The notes under the pieces: model-generated
Database searches by the model: none
Told to the model about the DNA's origin: nothing
What the model saw: the letters and a program-made list of their open reading frames with translations, nothing else
Assembly: GCA_016187025.1 (NCBI GenBank)
Contig: JACPKM010000004.1
Coordinates: 163,637-227,636, forward strand
Reading direction: 5' to 3'
Length of the DNA stretch: 64,000 nucleotides
DNA from: Candidatus Daviesbacteria bacterium
GTDB lineage: Bacteria; Patescibacteriota; Microgenomatia; Daviesbacterales; UBA10151
Shown here: positions 37,464 to 48,300 of the stretch, one piece after another
Layout of the letters: each line of letters opens with the position of its first letter
How positions within the stretch are numbered: position 1 is the stretch's first letter
Translations under genes and position numbers: made by a program

Positions 37464-38191
37464 CTATGAAAAAAATCATTTCCATTTTCATCTTAACTTC
37501 TGTCTTTTTAATTTTACCGCTACCTGTTTTTGCAGCTACTCTTTCTTTGTCCCCTTCCACCGGTAATTTTAACAAAGGCTGTGATGTTACAGTTGATATA
37601 AACTTAAACACAGAAGGAGTGCAAACAGATGGGACAGATGCAATTGTTTTATATGACTCTTCACGCTTAACCGCTAATCAGATTGTTTCCGGCCAAATCT
37701 ATTCAGATTATCCTGGAAATAATATCGATGAGCAGTCGGGCAAGATAACTATTTCAGGTTTATCATCTGTAAGCAGTGCCTTTTCCGGTAGTGGCACTTT
37801 TGCAAAAATTAACTTTACTGTTAAAGATAATGCTTCGGTAGGGGTAACGCAAGTAAAATTTGATTTTGACTCAAATGATAAATCCAAAACTACAGATTCT
37901 AATGTGGTTGAAAGAGGTACTGTAGCAGATGTATTAAGCTCAGTAGTAAATGGAAATTATACTATTGGTTCCGGTGCCTGCACTGTTCAAGGAAGCCCTC
38001 CGACTATTGTAGTTACCCCTCCTGTTTCTCAAGGCGGGATCTCTACTCCATCAGGAGCAGTAAAAACTCCTGTCAAAACAATAGATGATATGGTGGGTGG
38101 TAAAACCGGCTCTCAGGAATTTAGTTATATGCTGGCAATACTTGGGGTAACAATGGCAGTACTGGGAGTGTTAGGGTTTGCTCTTCTTTAA
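37460..38191 (+). CDS. Cohesin-domain protein with signal peptide and C-terminal membrane anchor
   Basis: Signal peptide ending VFA; ATLSLSPS...VDINL...GTDAIVLYDSSRL...GSGTFAKINF; P/T-rich linker, KTG, C-terminal TM. Confidence 0.82.
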   Translation: MTMKKIISIFILTSVFLILPLPVFAATLSLSPSTGNFNKGCDVTVDINLNTEGVQTDGTDAIVLYDSSRLTANQIVSGQIYSDYPGNNIDEQSGKITISGLSSVSSAFSGSGTFAKINFTVKDNASVGVTQVKFDFDSNDKSKTTDSNVVERGTVADVLSSVVNGNYTIGSGACTVQGSPPTIVVTPPVSQGGISTPSGAVKTPVKTIDDMVGGKTGSQEFSYMLAILGVTMAVLGVLGFALL

Positions 38192-38199
38192 AACAATGT

Positions 38200-39147
38200 A
38201 TGATTCTGTCGGCATTAATTACAGATTTTTTAGAGTATTTGGAGTTGGAAAGAAATACTTCACAATTAACAATTAAAAACTACGACCACTATTTAAAGCG
38301 GTTCCTGGATTTTGCCCATTCGACAAGCTCAGGGCAGGCCGGAGACATTGATCCAAAAGAGATAGATCTTAATCTAATCAGAAAATATAGGTTGTATCTG
38401 TCCCATTATGTAGACCCTAAAACGGGTAAAGGTTTAAAAAGGGTTACGCAAAATTATTTTATGATAGCCTTAAGGGCTTTTTTAAGGTATTTGGCAAAAA
38501 ATGATATCGCTACCCTTTCGCCTGAAAAAGTAGAGTTAGGTGAGAGAGAGCCTCGGCCGTTCAAGGTTTTGGAAGAAGGTCATCTAAAGCAACTGCTGGA
38601 TGCACCGGACACCACAAAAAAAGAAGGAATTAGAGACAGAGCGCTTCTTGAAACTCTTTTTTCTACAGGACTGCGGGTTTCAGAGCTTGCCTCTTTAGAC
38701 TGTAATCAAATTAATCTAAACAGAGGTGAATTTGGAGTGGTGGGAAAAGGTGGAAAAGAGCGGGTGGTGTTTTTGTCTGATGCAGCTTCTTTTTGGCTTG
38801 CTAAATATTTAGAAAACCGTAAAGATACCTTTAAGCCGCTATTTATCAGATATCAGGGTAAGGTTATCACTGACAATTCTGGTGAAGCAATGAGGCTGTC
38901 AGCAAGATCTATTGAAAGAATAGTTGAAAAATATGTTAAAAGGTTAGGTTTGCCGATAAAAGCTACTCCTCATACACTAAGACATTCGTTTGCCACAGAT
39001 TTGCTAATAAATGGAGCAGATATTAGATCAGTTCAAGAGATGCTGGGGCATTCTAATATTTCCACCACCCAGATCTACACCCATGTCACCAACAAGCATT
39101 TAAAGGATGTTCATAAAGCTTTCCACAGCGGGAATAAGGAAGAATAG
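38200..39147 (+). CDS. XerC/XerD-family tyrosine recombinase
   Basis: SAM-like N-terminus, RDRALLETLFSTGLRVSEL, GKGGKER, TPHTLRHSFAT, LGHSNISTTQIYTH. Confidence 0.95.
   Translation: MILSALITDFLEYLELERNTSQLTIKNYDHYLKRFLDFAHSTSSGQAGDIDPKEIDLNLIRKYRLYLSHYVDPKTGKGLKRVTQNYFMIALRAFLRYLAKNDIATLSPEKVELGEREPRPFKVLEEGHLKQLLDAPDTTKKEGIRDRALLETLFSTGLRVSELASLDCNQINLNRGEFGVVGKGGKERVVFLSDAASFWLAKYLENRKDTFKPLFIRYQGKVITDNSGEAMRLSARSIERIVEKYVKRLGLPIKATPHTLRHSFATDLLINGADIRSVQEMLGHSNISTTQIYTHVTNKHLKDVHKAFHSGNKEE
38317..38340 (+). mobile_element. 24-bp in-frame REP-like insertion in xer (HSTSSGQA)
   Basis: TTT GCC [CAT TCG ACA AGC TCA GGG CAG GCC] GGA: GCC is duplicated and TGCCC/GGGCA forms a stem. Confidence 0.6.
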
Positions 39148-39255
39148 CTGTAACCCTATAGCTACTGCATAAAACCATATTTGACCGCGTTAACTTGAAT
39201 TATCTAACCAAATGATATAGACTTATAGTTTCAAATTATTGCATATTGTGATTAT

Positions 39256-40398
39256 ATGGTAGAAACAGGAAACAGCAGTGATTTTAAAATCACAGTAAAT
39301 AATTCACCAAATTCCCCGGGACTGTTAGAGGGAGCATACCTATTGGAACTGGAGGTTGGTGGTAATATTTCGAGTCATCCAACTGTGCAAAGGGTTGCCC
39401 GGGTGGTGGCAGGGATGGGTTATATGATGAGATGGGCTGAGTTGATGTCGGGTTTGGCTGCTGCTGTACTCCCGGAAAATCCCAAAGATTTATTGGATTT
39501 ACGGCAAAGAGCGCATGGTTTAATGATTGATACTGATAGGGGTATCGGATATGCTAGGCAACTCACTCGGGAGGCAGAGTCGCTTGTTGAAGCTGATAAC
39601 TCATCAGAATCCGATTTAGCTGAACCTGAAGCATTACTTGATAAGGTAAAAGCTTTCGGAAGTTTTATAGTTCCTATGTGGGTGCATGATATGAATAACC
39701 ATTTAACAGCAGCTAGTGGTATGGTGTATTGCATGCACAAAAATCCGGCAAGGTTGGAATATCCTAATTTCCGCGAGAGTATCATCGATTCTTTTTCCCT
39801 TATCCACAAAGAGCTATTACAAGAGGCGTTAAACCAAGATCCTGCGCTTTATTCTTTAAAATTCACTTCTTTATCTAGACTGAGTATGCTGATTAATATC
39901 GTACTTAGCACAGTACGTAAAAACAGTATGCAAAATATAAGGGCTGTTAACTCTGAATTTACCAACCTTCCCCAAGAGATCATATTAAGAGGTGATGTTT
40001 ACTTACTATATCAACTACTAAAACAGTGTGCAGGCAATAGTGCCAAGCAGGCTCGTTTCAAAGGCGAGAGTTACCCAACAGAGTTCGGTATAACCACCCA
40101 ACTGGCTGCAGATGGGAATACAGCTATTATGTATTGTGATGATAATGGTTCAGGGTATAGTAAGTTAATGATAGAAAAGGGGTTTATAGGTGCGTTAAGA
40201 GAGAGACAGGCTGGTAATATTCAGGCTCAAGGGTACAGGGATAATCGTGTACCAACCACTGGTTTTGCGATGGCAATGTTGACAGAGAAAGCTGAAAGAG
40301 CAGGGATTAAGGTCGAGCCTGCCAGGCGGACAGATAAAAACGGAAAAGTCATACCTGGCGCTAGAACAGCTATTTATGTGCCTGTTTTATCTAATTAA
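39256..40398 (+). CDS. Divergent soluble histidine-kinase-like protein
   Basis: VHDMNNHL (H-box), GNSAKQA (N-box), DDNGSG (G1), TTGFAM (degenerate G2); no TM. Confidence 0.6.
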   Translation: MVETGNSSDFKITVNNSPNSPGLLEGAYLLELEVGGNISSHPTVQRVARVVAGMGYMMRWAELMSGLAAAVLPENPKDLLDLRQRAHGLMIDTDRGIGYARQLTREAESLVEADNSSESDLAEPEALLDKVKAFGSFIVPMWVHDMNNHLTAASGMVYCMHKNPARLEYPNFRESIIDSFSLIHKELLQEALNQDPALYSLKFTSLSRLSMLINIVLSTVRKNSMQNIRAVNSEFTNLPQEIILRGDVYLLYQLLKQCAGNSAKQARFKGESYPTEFGITTQLAADGNTAIMYCDDNGSGYSKLMIEKGFIGALRERQAGNIQAQGYRDNRVPTTGFAMAMLTEKAERAGIKVEPARRTDKNGKVIPGARTAIYVPVLSN

Positions 40399-40448
40399 CC
40401 ATATGGATGGTATCACCTGCCAGTACAAATCTGCTAATATTTTAGTTA

Positions 40449-40985
40449 ATGCTCAATTTTTTAAAGCTTTTTATTTTTATTCTGATTGTTATTTTTTCAT
40501 ACTTTTTAATTCAGTCTACCGATACCTCGCTTTTATCTGACAGGTCTTTGTTTCTAAAGTCCTTGGTTGCCTTAGTAAGCGGGGTTTTTTACACCTCTTT
40601 TCTAACTTCTCCGCTGGCAGTTGTGATACTAGTAGTTTTGGGCCAAACCACAAATATCTTTTCAGTTACACTTTTAGCAGGGATAGGAGCTGTGGCTGGT
40701 GATATGTTAATAGTTAAATCTTTCAGATTTATATTTAGGCAGCTATCTTTTGTCTCGCACTCCAACTCTTTTAATAACCTAAAAAAGCAGTTTATAAAAT
40801 ATCATCTTGATATATTATCTTTAATTATTGGAATAGTGATTGTGGCCTCCCCTTTTCCTGATGAGTTAGGTTTAATAATGCTTGGTGCTTCCAAGCTATC
40901 CTATTTTAAATTGGCTATCTTAACATTTGTCGTAAACAGTGTTGGGATATTAATAATCTTAACAATAGTTAAAGGGATATCATGA
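40449..40985 (+). CDS. Membrane protein of unknown function
   Basis: About 5 TM segments; GAVAGD and ASPFPDELG; overlaps the ATPase start (ATGA). Confidence 0.7.
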   Translation: MLNFLKLFIFILIVIFSYFLIQSTDTSLLSDRSLFLKSLVALVSGVFYTSFLTSPLAVVILVVLGQTTNIFSVTLLAGIGAVAGDMLIVKSFRFIFRQLSFVSHSNSFNNLKKQFIKYHLDILSLIIGIVIVASPFPDELGLIMLGASKLSYFKLAILTFVVNSVGILIILTIVKGIS

Positions 40986-43315
40986 GTAGCTCAGGATTAA
41001 CTACTATTCAAGCGCAACAACTTATAATTCAATATGGCTTAAATAAGTTACCTGAAAAAAAAGGGTCAACTGTAATTCAGCTTATCTTTTCCCAAATTAA
41101 AAACTATCTTTTCTTACTTTTACTAATAGCCTCCATTATATCTTTTGTTGTCGGGGATCCTCTTGATGGGGTATTAATATTGGGGATATTACTACTTAAT
41201 ACCATCTTGGGTTTTTGGCAGGAATATAAAGCATCTAAAGAGTTAGAAGCTTTGCGAAAGCTTGAGGTGCTAAACTCCCGGGTAATAAGGGATGGTCAGG
41301 AAATTGAGATTTCCTCGTTTAAACTGGTCCCAGGTGATCTGGTTATTTTAGAATCTGGGGATAAAATTCCGGCAGATGGAAAAGTTTTGGAGTCTGTGTC
41401 TCTTGCTGTTAACGAATCCTCTTTAACCGGTGAATCTTTGCCTGTAATGAAAACAGAAAAGGAGGGAGAAAATGATCTCTATTTTGGTACGATCGTCTCT
41501 TCAGGCAGGGGTAAGTTCCAGGTTACATATACCGGTGTTAACACAAAATTTGGAAAGATTGCTCTGACCTTGGCTGATGTGGAAGAAGAGGTTACACCTT
41601 TGGAAAAGTCTTTAAACAGTTTAGGTAAAAAGATCGGTCTAGGAGCCTTAGTTGTTTCTATAGCCCTTTTTGTGTTTGGGGTATTGCAGGGTAATTCGCT
41701 AATAGATGAGTTTTTTAATTCAACCGCGCTGCTGGTTGCTGCTGTTCCGGAGGGCTTACCGGCAGTTGTGACGATAGTCCTGGCTTTGGGGGTGCACAAG
41801 ATGTACAAGAGGAAAGCTCTTGTTAGAAAGATGGTGGCGGTTGAGAGTTTGGGAGCGGCAACAGTTATCTGCTCTGATAAAACAGGAACCTTAACTCAAA
41901 ACCAGATGGTAGTAAAAGAGGTTAAAACCCATCAGGTTAATGAAAAAGAGCTAATAAAGTGTGCGGTTTTGTGTAATAGCTCCAGTTTGGTAGTCAAAGA
42001 AAATCATGGAGGATTTGATATCTTAGGCGATACCACAGAAGGCGCACTCCTTTTATGGGTTAAAGAAAAAGGGGTCGATTATGAACTTTTAAGGTCCAAA
42101 GGTGAGCTGGTTGATGAGAATCCATTTAATCTAAAATCCAGGATGATGAGTGTTGTTTGGAGAGACATGGGCAAGGATGTAACTTATGTTAAAGGAGCTC
42201 CTGAATCGATTTTACCAAAGACAGATTTGTCAGAAGAGCAGATTGAAAAAGTGGAGCAAGATTATAAGAGGATGGCGAGTAAGGGTTTACGGGTGTTGGC
42301 TTTTGCGTCCGGGAAAGAAGGCTCACCTCTTAATTTTTTGGGGATAATCGGTATTGCTGATACGCCCCGGATTGAGGCAAAGGTTGTTATAGAACGTGCC
42401 CGTCAGGCAGGGATTAAGGTGATAATGGTTACAGGGGATAACGAGCTAACAGCCAAAGCAATAGCAGAAGAGATTGGTTTGATTAGGGAGGGTGAGGAGG
42501 TGATAACCGGTGCACAGCTTGATGAATTAACAGATGAGGAGTTTGTGATGCGCCTTAGTAAGATACGGATCTTTGCCAGGATCCAACCAGAGCAAAAGCT
42601 TAGGATTGTGCGAGTTTATCAATCCTCAGGTGAGGTGGTGGCTGTAACCGGCGATGGGGTTAACGATTCTCTAGCTTTAAAACAGGCGCATGTTGGGGTG
42701 GCTATGGGTCAAACAGGCACAGATGTTGCCAAGGAGGCCTCTGATATAGTATTGCTGGATGATAACTTCTCTACCCTAATCTCTGCAATAGAGCAGGGCC
42801 GGCTAATCTACAGTAATATTTTGAAGGTTGTTAAATTTTTACTGGCCGGTAATCTTTCTGAAATTTTATTAATTATTGGGGCAAGTATTTTATCTTTACC
42901 CACCCCCCTTTTCCCTGCCCAAATCTTATGGATTAATTTTGTAACTGACGGATTTCCGGCTTTGGCTTTAGGGACAGATAATGCTTCTGCAAATCTGATG
43001 AAAACCCCACCAAGGAAAAAGTGGTCAGTTTTGCTTAGTAACAGCACTCTTTTGTACATTTTTATTGGGGGGCTGGTAATGGCAGCAATCTCTTTAATAG
43101 GTTTTTATATAAGCTTACAGCTTTTTGGAGTGCAAACTGCCCGCTCCTCTGCATTTACATTGGTGGTGATCTCACAAATGTTTTTTGTGTTTATCTTAAG
43201 AAAACACCATTCACTTCTTTCTAACAAAAAACTAGTTCTTTCAGTAGGATTTGTGCTTTTGATGCAAGCACTAATACTAACTTTTGAGCCTCTAAAAACA
43301 CTATTTAAAGTTTAA
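40982..43315 (+). CDS. P-type ATPase, P2 (Ca2+-type)
   Basis: TGES, PEGL, DKTGT, KGAPE, TGDGVND, QILWINFVTD. Confidence 0.95.
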   Translation: MSSSGLTTIQAQQLIIQYGLNKLPEKKGSTVIQLIFSQIKNYLFLLLLIASIISFVVGDPLDGVLILGILLLNTILGFWQEYKASKELEALRKLEVLNSRVIRDGQEIEISSFKLVPGDLVILESGDKIPADGKVLESVSLAVNESSLTGESLPVMKTEKEGENDLYFGTIVSSGRGKFQVTYTGVNTKFGKIALTLADVEEEVTPLEKSLNSLGKKIGLGALVVSIALFVFGVLQGNSLIDEFFNSTALLVAAVPEGLPAVVTIVLALGVHKMYKRKALVRKMVAVESLGAATVICSDKTGTLTQNQMVVKEVKTHQVNEKELIKCAVLCNSSSLVVKENHGGFDILGDTTEGALLLWVKEKGVDYELLRSKGELVDENPFNLKSRMMSVVWRDMGKDVTYVKGAPESILPKTDLSEEQIEKVEQDYKRMASKGLRVLAFASGKEGSPLNFLGIIGIADTPRIEAKVVIERARQAGIKVIMVTGDNELTAKAIAEEIGLIREGEEVITGAQLDELTDEEFVMRLSKIRIFARIQPEQKLRIVRVYQSSGEVVAVTGDGVNDSLALKQAHVGVAMGQTGTDVAKEASDIVLLDDNFSTLISAIEQGRLIYSNILKVVKFLLAGNLSEILLIIGASILSLPTPLFPAQILWINFVTDGFPALALGTDNASANLMKTPPRKKWSVLLSNSTLLYIFIGGLVMAAISLIGFYISLQLFGVQTARSSAFTLVVISQMFFVFILRKHHSLLSNKKLVLSVGFVLLMQALILTFEPLKTLFKV

Positions 43316-43854
43316 TGGTCTGGTGATGTTTCCCGTTGTGAGTTCAGAACGAAAAGATTTATATTGGAAATGACCCTTCCGTCCGGTGTTATTAAGGCGG
43401 GATTTGAGTCTGCTGTTCTGTCTACTGGACTTCTTGAAGTTTCAACCCATTCAACTGTTGTTAAGCCTGTGGGGAATGCGCGTATTGTTAAACTTGGCAA
43501 GTCGTTAATTACCCGGTGAGCAGGGTCAACATGCAGAATTTGTCTAAGGAGTGAGTAGACAGGTTGACGATTAAATTTATCTATCAGTGGACTTCTTCTC
43601 CTTCTTTCATCATATAGAATCAGATCCAAAGAGGCAGCAGGACGCTCTCTTTTAGCTACAATAGCAAGAGCAAGAGATGTAAGATGGGCAGCAATCAAGA
43701 TTTGGGTAAGCGCTGAGCAGGAAAACGCATTTCTTCCTTGCAATGCTCCAATTGAGCCAGGGTCTGAAAAAAGCATTAAACCAGCTTTCCTTGCTGATTG
43801 AAATAATTGAGAGGTTAACTGTTCTACTCCAACTTCTTGTTCACAAAGCGGCAT
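43312..43854 (-). CDS. Hypothetical protein
   Basis: 180-aa ORF; TGATATAAT box 9 nt upstream of the ATG. Confidence 0.55.
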   Translation of the reverse strand: MPLCEQEVGVEQLTSQLFQSARKAGLMLFSDPGSIGALQGRNAFSCSALTQILIAAHLTSLALAIVAKRERPAASLDLILYDERRRRSPLIDKFNRQPVYSLLRQILHVDPAHRVINDLPSLTIRAFPTGLTTVEWVETSRSPVDRTADSNPALITPDGRVISNINLFVLNSQRETSPDH

Positions 43855-43883
43855 GACTTATGAATTATATCATCTAGTGGGTT

Positions 43884-44276
43884 TTAAATTTGCTCTATAG
43901 GTTTTGCCAGTGAGGCGAAATTTTCTTCAATCATTTGGTTTTTATTCCACCATATTTTTTCTCTCTCTGACACCCACGGCCCTTCATATAAAATTACTTT
44001 TCCATACCAACCCTGACATTCTTCAATATTTTCAGCTCTTTTGATAATATATTCTCCCCTTTTGTTATCAAATATATTTTGTCCTGAAGGATAAAGACAG
44101 TAGAGATGTCCGCTTGCATTTTGTGCTCTATCTCCTGAATGCCAAAGCACAGTTCCCAGTCTTGCTCTTAGTACTGGTGAGTCATTGATTTTTGCAGTTT
44201 TTTCAGTAAAGCTTGTGACTACCAAAAAATACCACAAGTTAAAAAAAATATATGTAATAAGAATTAGTTTAAACAT
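43884..44276 (-). CDS. Hypothetical membrane-anchored or secreted protein
   Basis: Hydrophobic N-terminus; TGATATAAT upstream. Confidence 0.55.
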   Translation of the reverse strand: MFKLILITYIFFNLWYFLVVTSFTEKTAKINDSPVLRARLGTVLWHSGDRAQNASGHLYCLYPSGQNIFDNKRGEYIIKRAENIEECQGWYGKVILYEGPWVSEREKIWWNKNQMIEENFASLAKPIEQI

Positions 44277-44350
44277 AAAAACTACAGGATTATATCAGAA
44301 ATTATATCTGAAGTATAATAAATTTTAGGTAAAAAATGGGTAAGAATAGA

Positions 44351-44563
44351 TTAAAGGGTTTTTCCTGCCAGCCCGTAAACTAAAAAGTCCTGAAAAAATC
44401 CAGGTGCCTGTAAAGGCCAGCTGATAATTACCATATAATAGCCAGGTGAAAGAAAAGATAAAGGCGGCCAGCGGTAATAAAGAGCAAAGAGCAAAGCGAA
44501 AAAGAATCCAACCATAAAATAGGCAATTGCCAGCTTGCTTATTAACGGCTGAAATCTAATCAT
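44351..44563 (-). CDS. Small membrane protein coupled to gyrA
   Basis: ATGA overlap with the gyrA stop; hydrophobic 70 aa. Confidence 0.6.
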   Translation of the reverse strand: MIRFQPLISKLAIAYFMVGFFFALLFALYYRWPPLSFLSPGYYMVIISWPLQAPGFFQDFLVYGLAGKTL

Positions 44564-47091
44564 TGCACCTCCTTTTCTTTAGTTGAAACAACAGCAGCAG
44601 CTGCAACCTTTTCTCCATCTCTTACCCTCATCAAAATAACACCTTGAGTTTGACGTTGAAGAGTTGGAACCTGCCTTAAATCCATTTTAATAATCTGTCC
44701 TTTGTTTGAGGTCAGCACTAGTGTATCCATCTTATCATCAACTATTTGGGCTGTAACAATATTTCCTGTTTTTGAAGTGATTTGAGCTGCTTTCACACCT
44801 TGTCCTCCCCTCCCCTGTCTGGACCAAGATGATGTTTTGGTTTTTTTACCCAAACCATTTTCTGTAATAACCACTAGCTCTCCTTCATCTACACCTATAA
44901 TATTTAAAGAGACTACAGTATTACCTTTTTCTAACTTGATGCCTCTCACACCTGATGTGTCTCTGTGAGTTGGTTTAACCTGGGATTCTGAGAATCTAAT
45001 TGATTGGCCTTTTTCAGAAACTATAACTATATCGTTTTTTCCGGTGGTGGCATGTACCCAGCCAAGATAATCATCAGTATCTAATTTAATAGCTACTAAC
45101 CCATTTTTTCTGATATTGGCATACTCTTCAATAGGAGTCTTTTTGACAGATCCATTTTGGGTACACATAAACATAAATTTGGCAGTTTCATTTTTCCCTC
45201 TGGTCGTTAAAACTGCAGTCACTTTTTCCCCTTGATCAATATTTATTAAGTTAACAATTGCCTGGCCTTTTGCTGCTCTTTGGGTTTCTTGTATTTCCCA
45301 AACCTTGATTTGAAATACGCGGCCTTTGTCAGTGAAAAAAAGTACGTTGTCGTGGGTTTGAGTATAAAAGATATGAGAGACAGCATCGGTTTCTTTGGTG
45401 GATATTCCCATTACGCCTTTGCCACCCCTTTGCTGCGTTCTAAACGACATTGGCGACTGGCGCTTGATGTAACCGCCTTCAGTTATGGTGACAATTGTTG
45501 TTTCATTGGCCACCAAGTCTTCTTCTGAAAACTCACCCACCTTTTGTTTATAGACTCTGGTTCTTCTTGCATCAGCGTATTTTTCTTTTATCTTTTGCAA
45601 CTCATCTTTTATTACTTTTAATATTTTTTCCGGGTGTGCTAGTAAATCTTCTAAATAGGCAATAGTTTCGCGGACCATGGCCAGCTCATCTTCAATTTTT
45701 TGTCTTTCAAGTGCAGCCAGTCTACGAAGCTGCATATCCAAAATAGCTACAGCCTGAAGCTCGCTTAATTTGAACTTGGCCATCAAATTACCTCTTGCAT
45801 CATCAGAGTCCTTACTCTTTTTAATTGTTGCAATTACCTCATCAATATTATCAACAGCGATTTTTAATCCTTCTAAAATATGTTCTCTTGCTTTTGCCTC
45901 AGCCAGCTCAAACTCAGCCCGTCTTCTGACTACCATTTGTCTGTGATGAACAAATTCTTCCAAAATATGTTTAAGTGTTAAAAGATGAGGCACGCCATCC
46001 ACAAGGGCAACTAGATTAACATTAAAAACAGATTGCATAGAAGTATATTTGTAAAGGTTGTTTAAAATTGATTTAGGCTTGCCGTCTCTTTTTAGATCCA
46101 TCACAATTCTAACCATTTGTTTTCTGTCTGACTCATCTCTTAGATCGGCGATTCCTTCAAGCTTTTTATCTTTGACTAGATCCGCAATCCTTGCAATTAA
46201 GGTAGCTTTATTAACTTGGTAAGGCAATTCTGAGACTATAATCTGAACTTTACCAGAGGTAGCTTCATCTATTTCTGCTTTGGCTCTGGTTACAACTCTT
46301 CCTCTGCCGGTTGCATAGGCTGCCTGAATTTCAGTTTGGTCATAAATGGATGCACCGGTTGGAAAATCAGGGCCTTTTATAAACTTCATTAAATCCTCAA
46401 CTGTAGTGTCAGATTTAAACTTTTCCACTTGATTGCTATCTGGTGTAACTGCAGTTTCATTACCTGGTTTTAGAGGATGGTCAATCATGTAAACTATTGC
46501 ATCGCAAACTTCCCCTAAATTATGAGGTGGGATTTGTGTTGCCATACCAACTGCGATACCAGATGCTCCGTTAAGTAATAAATTAGGAGTCACTGATGGA
46601 AGTAGTATTGGTTCTTGTTCTGTTCCTGAGTAATTATCAACAAAGTCTACAGTTTGCTTATTAATATCCCGGAGTAACTCATCTGCTATTGCCGAAAGAC
46701 GCGCTTCGGTGTAACGCATCGCCGCCGGACTATCGCCATCAATCGACCCGAAATTTCCCTGGCCATCGATTAGGGGGTATCTCATCGAGAAATTTTGAGC
46801 CATTCTAACCATTGCCTCATAAACTGGTGCGTCACCGTGAGGGTGGTAGTTTTTCAAAACCTCACCTACAACTGCAGCTGATTTCTGGTATCTCGCAGAA
46901 TGTGATAGGCCTTGTTTGTGCATTGCATAAACAATCCTTCTTTGCACAGGTTTTAACCCATCTCTGACATCAGGTAAGGCACGGGAGACAATAACAGACA
47001 TCGCATAATCAAGGTATGATCTTTGCATCTCTTCGATAATAGGAGCTGGTTGAATTTTGCCTAAGTTTTTATCTATTGGTTTGTCATCCAT
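44560..47091 (-). CDS. gyrA: DNA gyrase subunit A
   Basis: [26 protein letters not shown], GyrA box QQRGGKG. Confidence 0.97.
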   Translation of the reverse strand: MDDKPIDKNLGKIQPAPIIEEMQRSYLDYAMSVIVSRALPDVRDGLKPVQRRIVYAMHKQGLSHSARYQKSAAVVGEVLKNYHPHGDAPVYEAMVRMAQNFSMRYPLIDGQGNFGSIDGDSPAAMRYTEARLSAIADELLRDINKQTVDFVDNYSGTEQEPILLPSVTPNLLLNGASGIAVGMATQIPPHNLGEVCDAIVYMIDHPLKPGNETAVTPDSNQVEKFKSDTTVEDLMKFIKGPDFPTGASIYDQTEIQAAYATGRGRVVTRAKAEIDEATSGKVQIIVSELPYQVNKATLIARIADLVKDKKLEGIADLRDESDRKQMVRIVMDLKRDGKPKSILNNLYKYTSMQSVFNVNLVALVDGVPHLLTLKHILEEFVHHRQMVVRRRAEFELAEAKAREHILEGLKIAVDNIDEVIATIKKSKDSDDARGNLMAKFKLSELQAVAILDMQLRRLAALERQKIEDELAMVRETIAYLEDLLAHPEKILKVIKDELQKIKEKYADARRTRVYKQKVGEFSEEDLVANETTIVTITEGGYIKRQSPMSFRTQQRGGKGVMGISTKETDAVSHIFYTQTHDNVLFFTDKGRVFQIKVWEIQETQRAAKGQAIVNLINIDQGEKVTAVLTTRGKNETAKFMFMCTQNGSVKKTPIEEYANIRKNGLVAIKLDTDDYLGWVHATTGKNDIVIVSEKGQSIRFSESQVKPTHRDTSGVRGIKLEKGNTVVSLNIIGVDEGELVVITENGLGKKTKTSSWSRQGRGGQGVKAAQITSKTGNIVTAQIVDDKMDTLVLTSNKGQIIKMDLRQVPTLQRQTQGVILMRVRDGEKVAAAAVVSTKEKEVQ

Positions 47092-47172
47092 AGTTTGAAG
47101 CTAAGAAAAAGCCCTTTTCGGGCATTAATATTTTAGCATTTTTACTAGATAAATACCAGGCTAGACTAAACT

Positions 47173-48300
47173 CTAAATAGCTAGTCTTTTAGTGGAAGGA
47201 TTAAGTTGCACAAGAAGCTCGTAAGGAATCTTGCCGGTAATAGAAGCTGATTTAATTATTGAGTTTTTATCGTCTGGATCTTGGGAGAAAATGATCACCT
47301 CTTGCCCAACTTGTGGATTTTTTACTTGTGATAGATTGATGATGCAAAGATTCATGCTTACCCTACCTATAATTGGACAAAACTTTTCTTGAACTTTAAC
47401 AAATCCTTTATTTGATAACCTTCGGTCTATTCCATCATTGTATCCTGCAGGAAGTATGCCAATTAACATATCAGAGGGAATACTAAATGTTCCATCATAC
47501 CCAACTTTTCCACCTTTACTGATCCTTTTTATCTGAACAATCCTAGTTTTAAAAGTTAATGCAGGTTTTAAATTTTCACTTTCAGAAACTCCATATAGAT
47601 TTAAGCCTACCCTGGCAAGATTTGATATCTTTGACAGTTTTTTTAAATCTGAGTTTAACAATCCATCAGAGTTTGCTAAATGGATCCATTTGGGTTTAAT
47701 GCCTTCTCTCTTACAAACTTCTAAAGCCTTTTCAAAGTTTTTTAATTGACTCAAATACAATGGGTCTTTTGCATTTTTAACTGATGCTAGATGTGACATA
47801 ATCCCTTCGATTTTTAGGTTGCTATATTTTTTAAGCTGTATTAAAAATTCCGGAAGATCTTCAAGTTGAACTCCTTCCCGATGCATCCCTGTGTCTACAA
47901 AAAGATGAACTGGCGAGCTGGGTTGGTATTTATTAATACTTTCTGCAAGCTCCAAACTCCACAAGGCAAAAGAAAATGGTAGCTTTTTTACTTTTAAATT
48001 ATTGGGGTTTATATATCCCATTATCAAAATCGGGCTTTTGATACGAGCTTTTAAAAGCTCATATGCCTCATAAATGCTGTCAACGCAAAAAAAAGGACAA
48101 TTTTGCGAGTCCAAGACTTTGGCAACATTAATTAACCCATGCCCATAAGCATTACTTTTTAGCACAGGAGCAATTTTAATTTTTGGACTCAGAGATGATA
48201 AGAACCTAAGATTTGTAAGCAATCTCTCCTCCGATACTTCTATTAAATTTAACGGTTGGTAAGTATTAAGTCCTAAAAGGGTACGTATTTTGTCAATCAT
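47173..48300 (-). CDS. alr: Alanine racemase
   Basis: VLKSNAYGHG, DTGMHREG, GYNDG, GRVSMN. Confidence 0.95.
   Translation of the reverse strand: MIDKIRTLLGLNTYQPLNLIEVSEERLLTNLRFLSSLSPKIKIAPVLKSNAYGHGLINVAKVLDSQNCPFFCVDSIYEAYELLKARIKSPILIMGYINPNNLKVKKLPFSFALWSLELAESINKYQPSSPVHLFVDTGMHREGVQLEDLPEFLIQLKKYSNLKIEGIMSHLASVKNAKDPLYLSQLKNFEKALEVCKREGIKPKWIHLANSDGLLNSDLKKLSKISNLARVGLNLYGVSESENLKPALTFKTRIVQIKRISKGGKVGYDGTFSIPSDMLIGILPAGYNDGIDRRLSNKGFVKVQEKFCPIIGRVSMNLCIINLSQVKNPQVGQEVIIFSQDPDDKNSIIKSASITGKIPYELLVQLNPSTKRLAI

Noticed and set aside
38200-39147. Xer as a prophage or ICE integrase
   Set aside because: Looks like a housekeeping XerC/D; no phage, conjugation or att-tRNA features nearby
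44560-47091. parC rather than gyrA
   Set aside because: GyrA box (QQRGGKG) and a full C-terminal domain are present
47104-47123. Attenuator hairpin GCCC-GAAAA-GGGC-T5 in the gyrA leader
   Set aside because: Only a 4-bp stem; too weak to call
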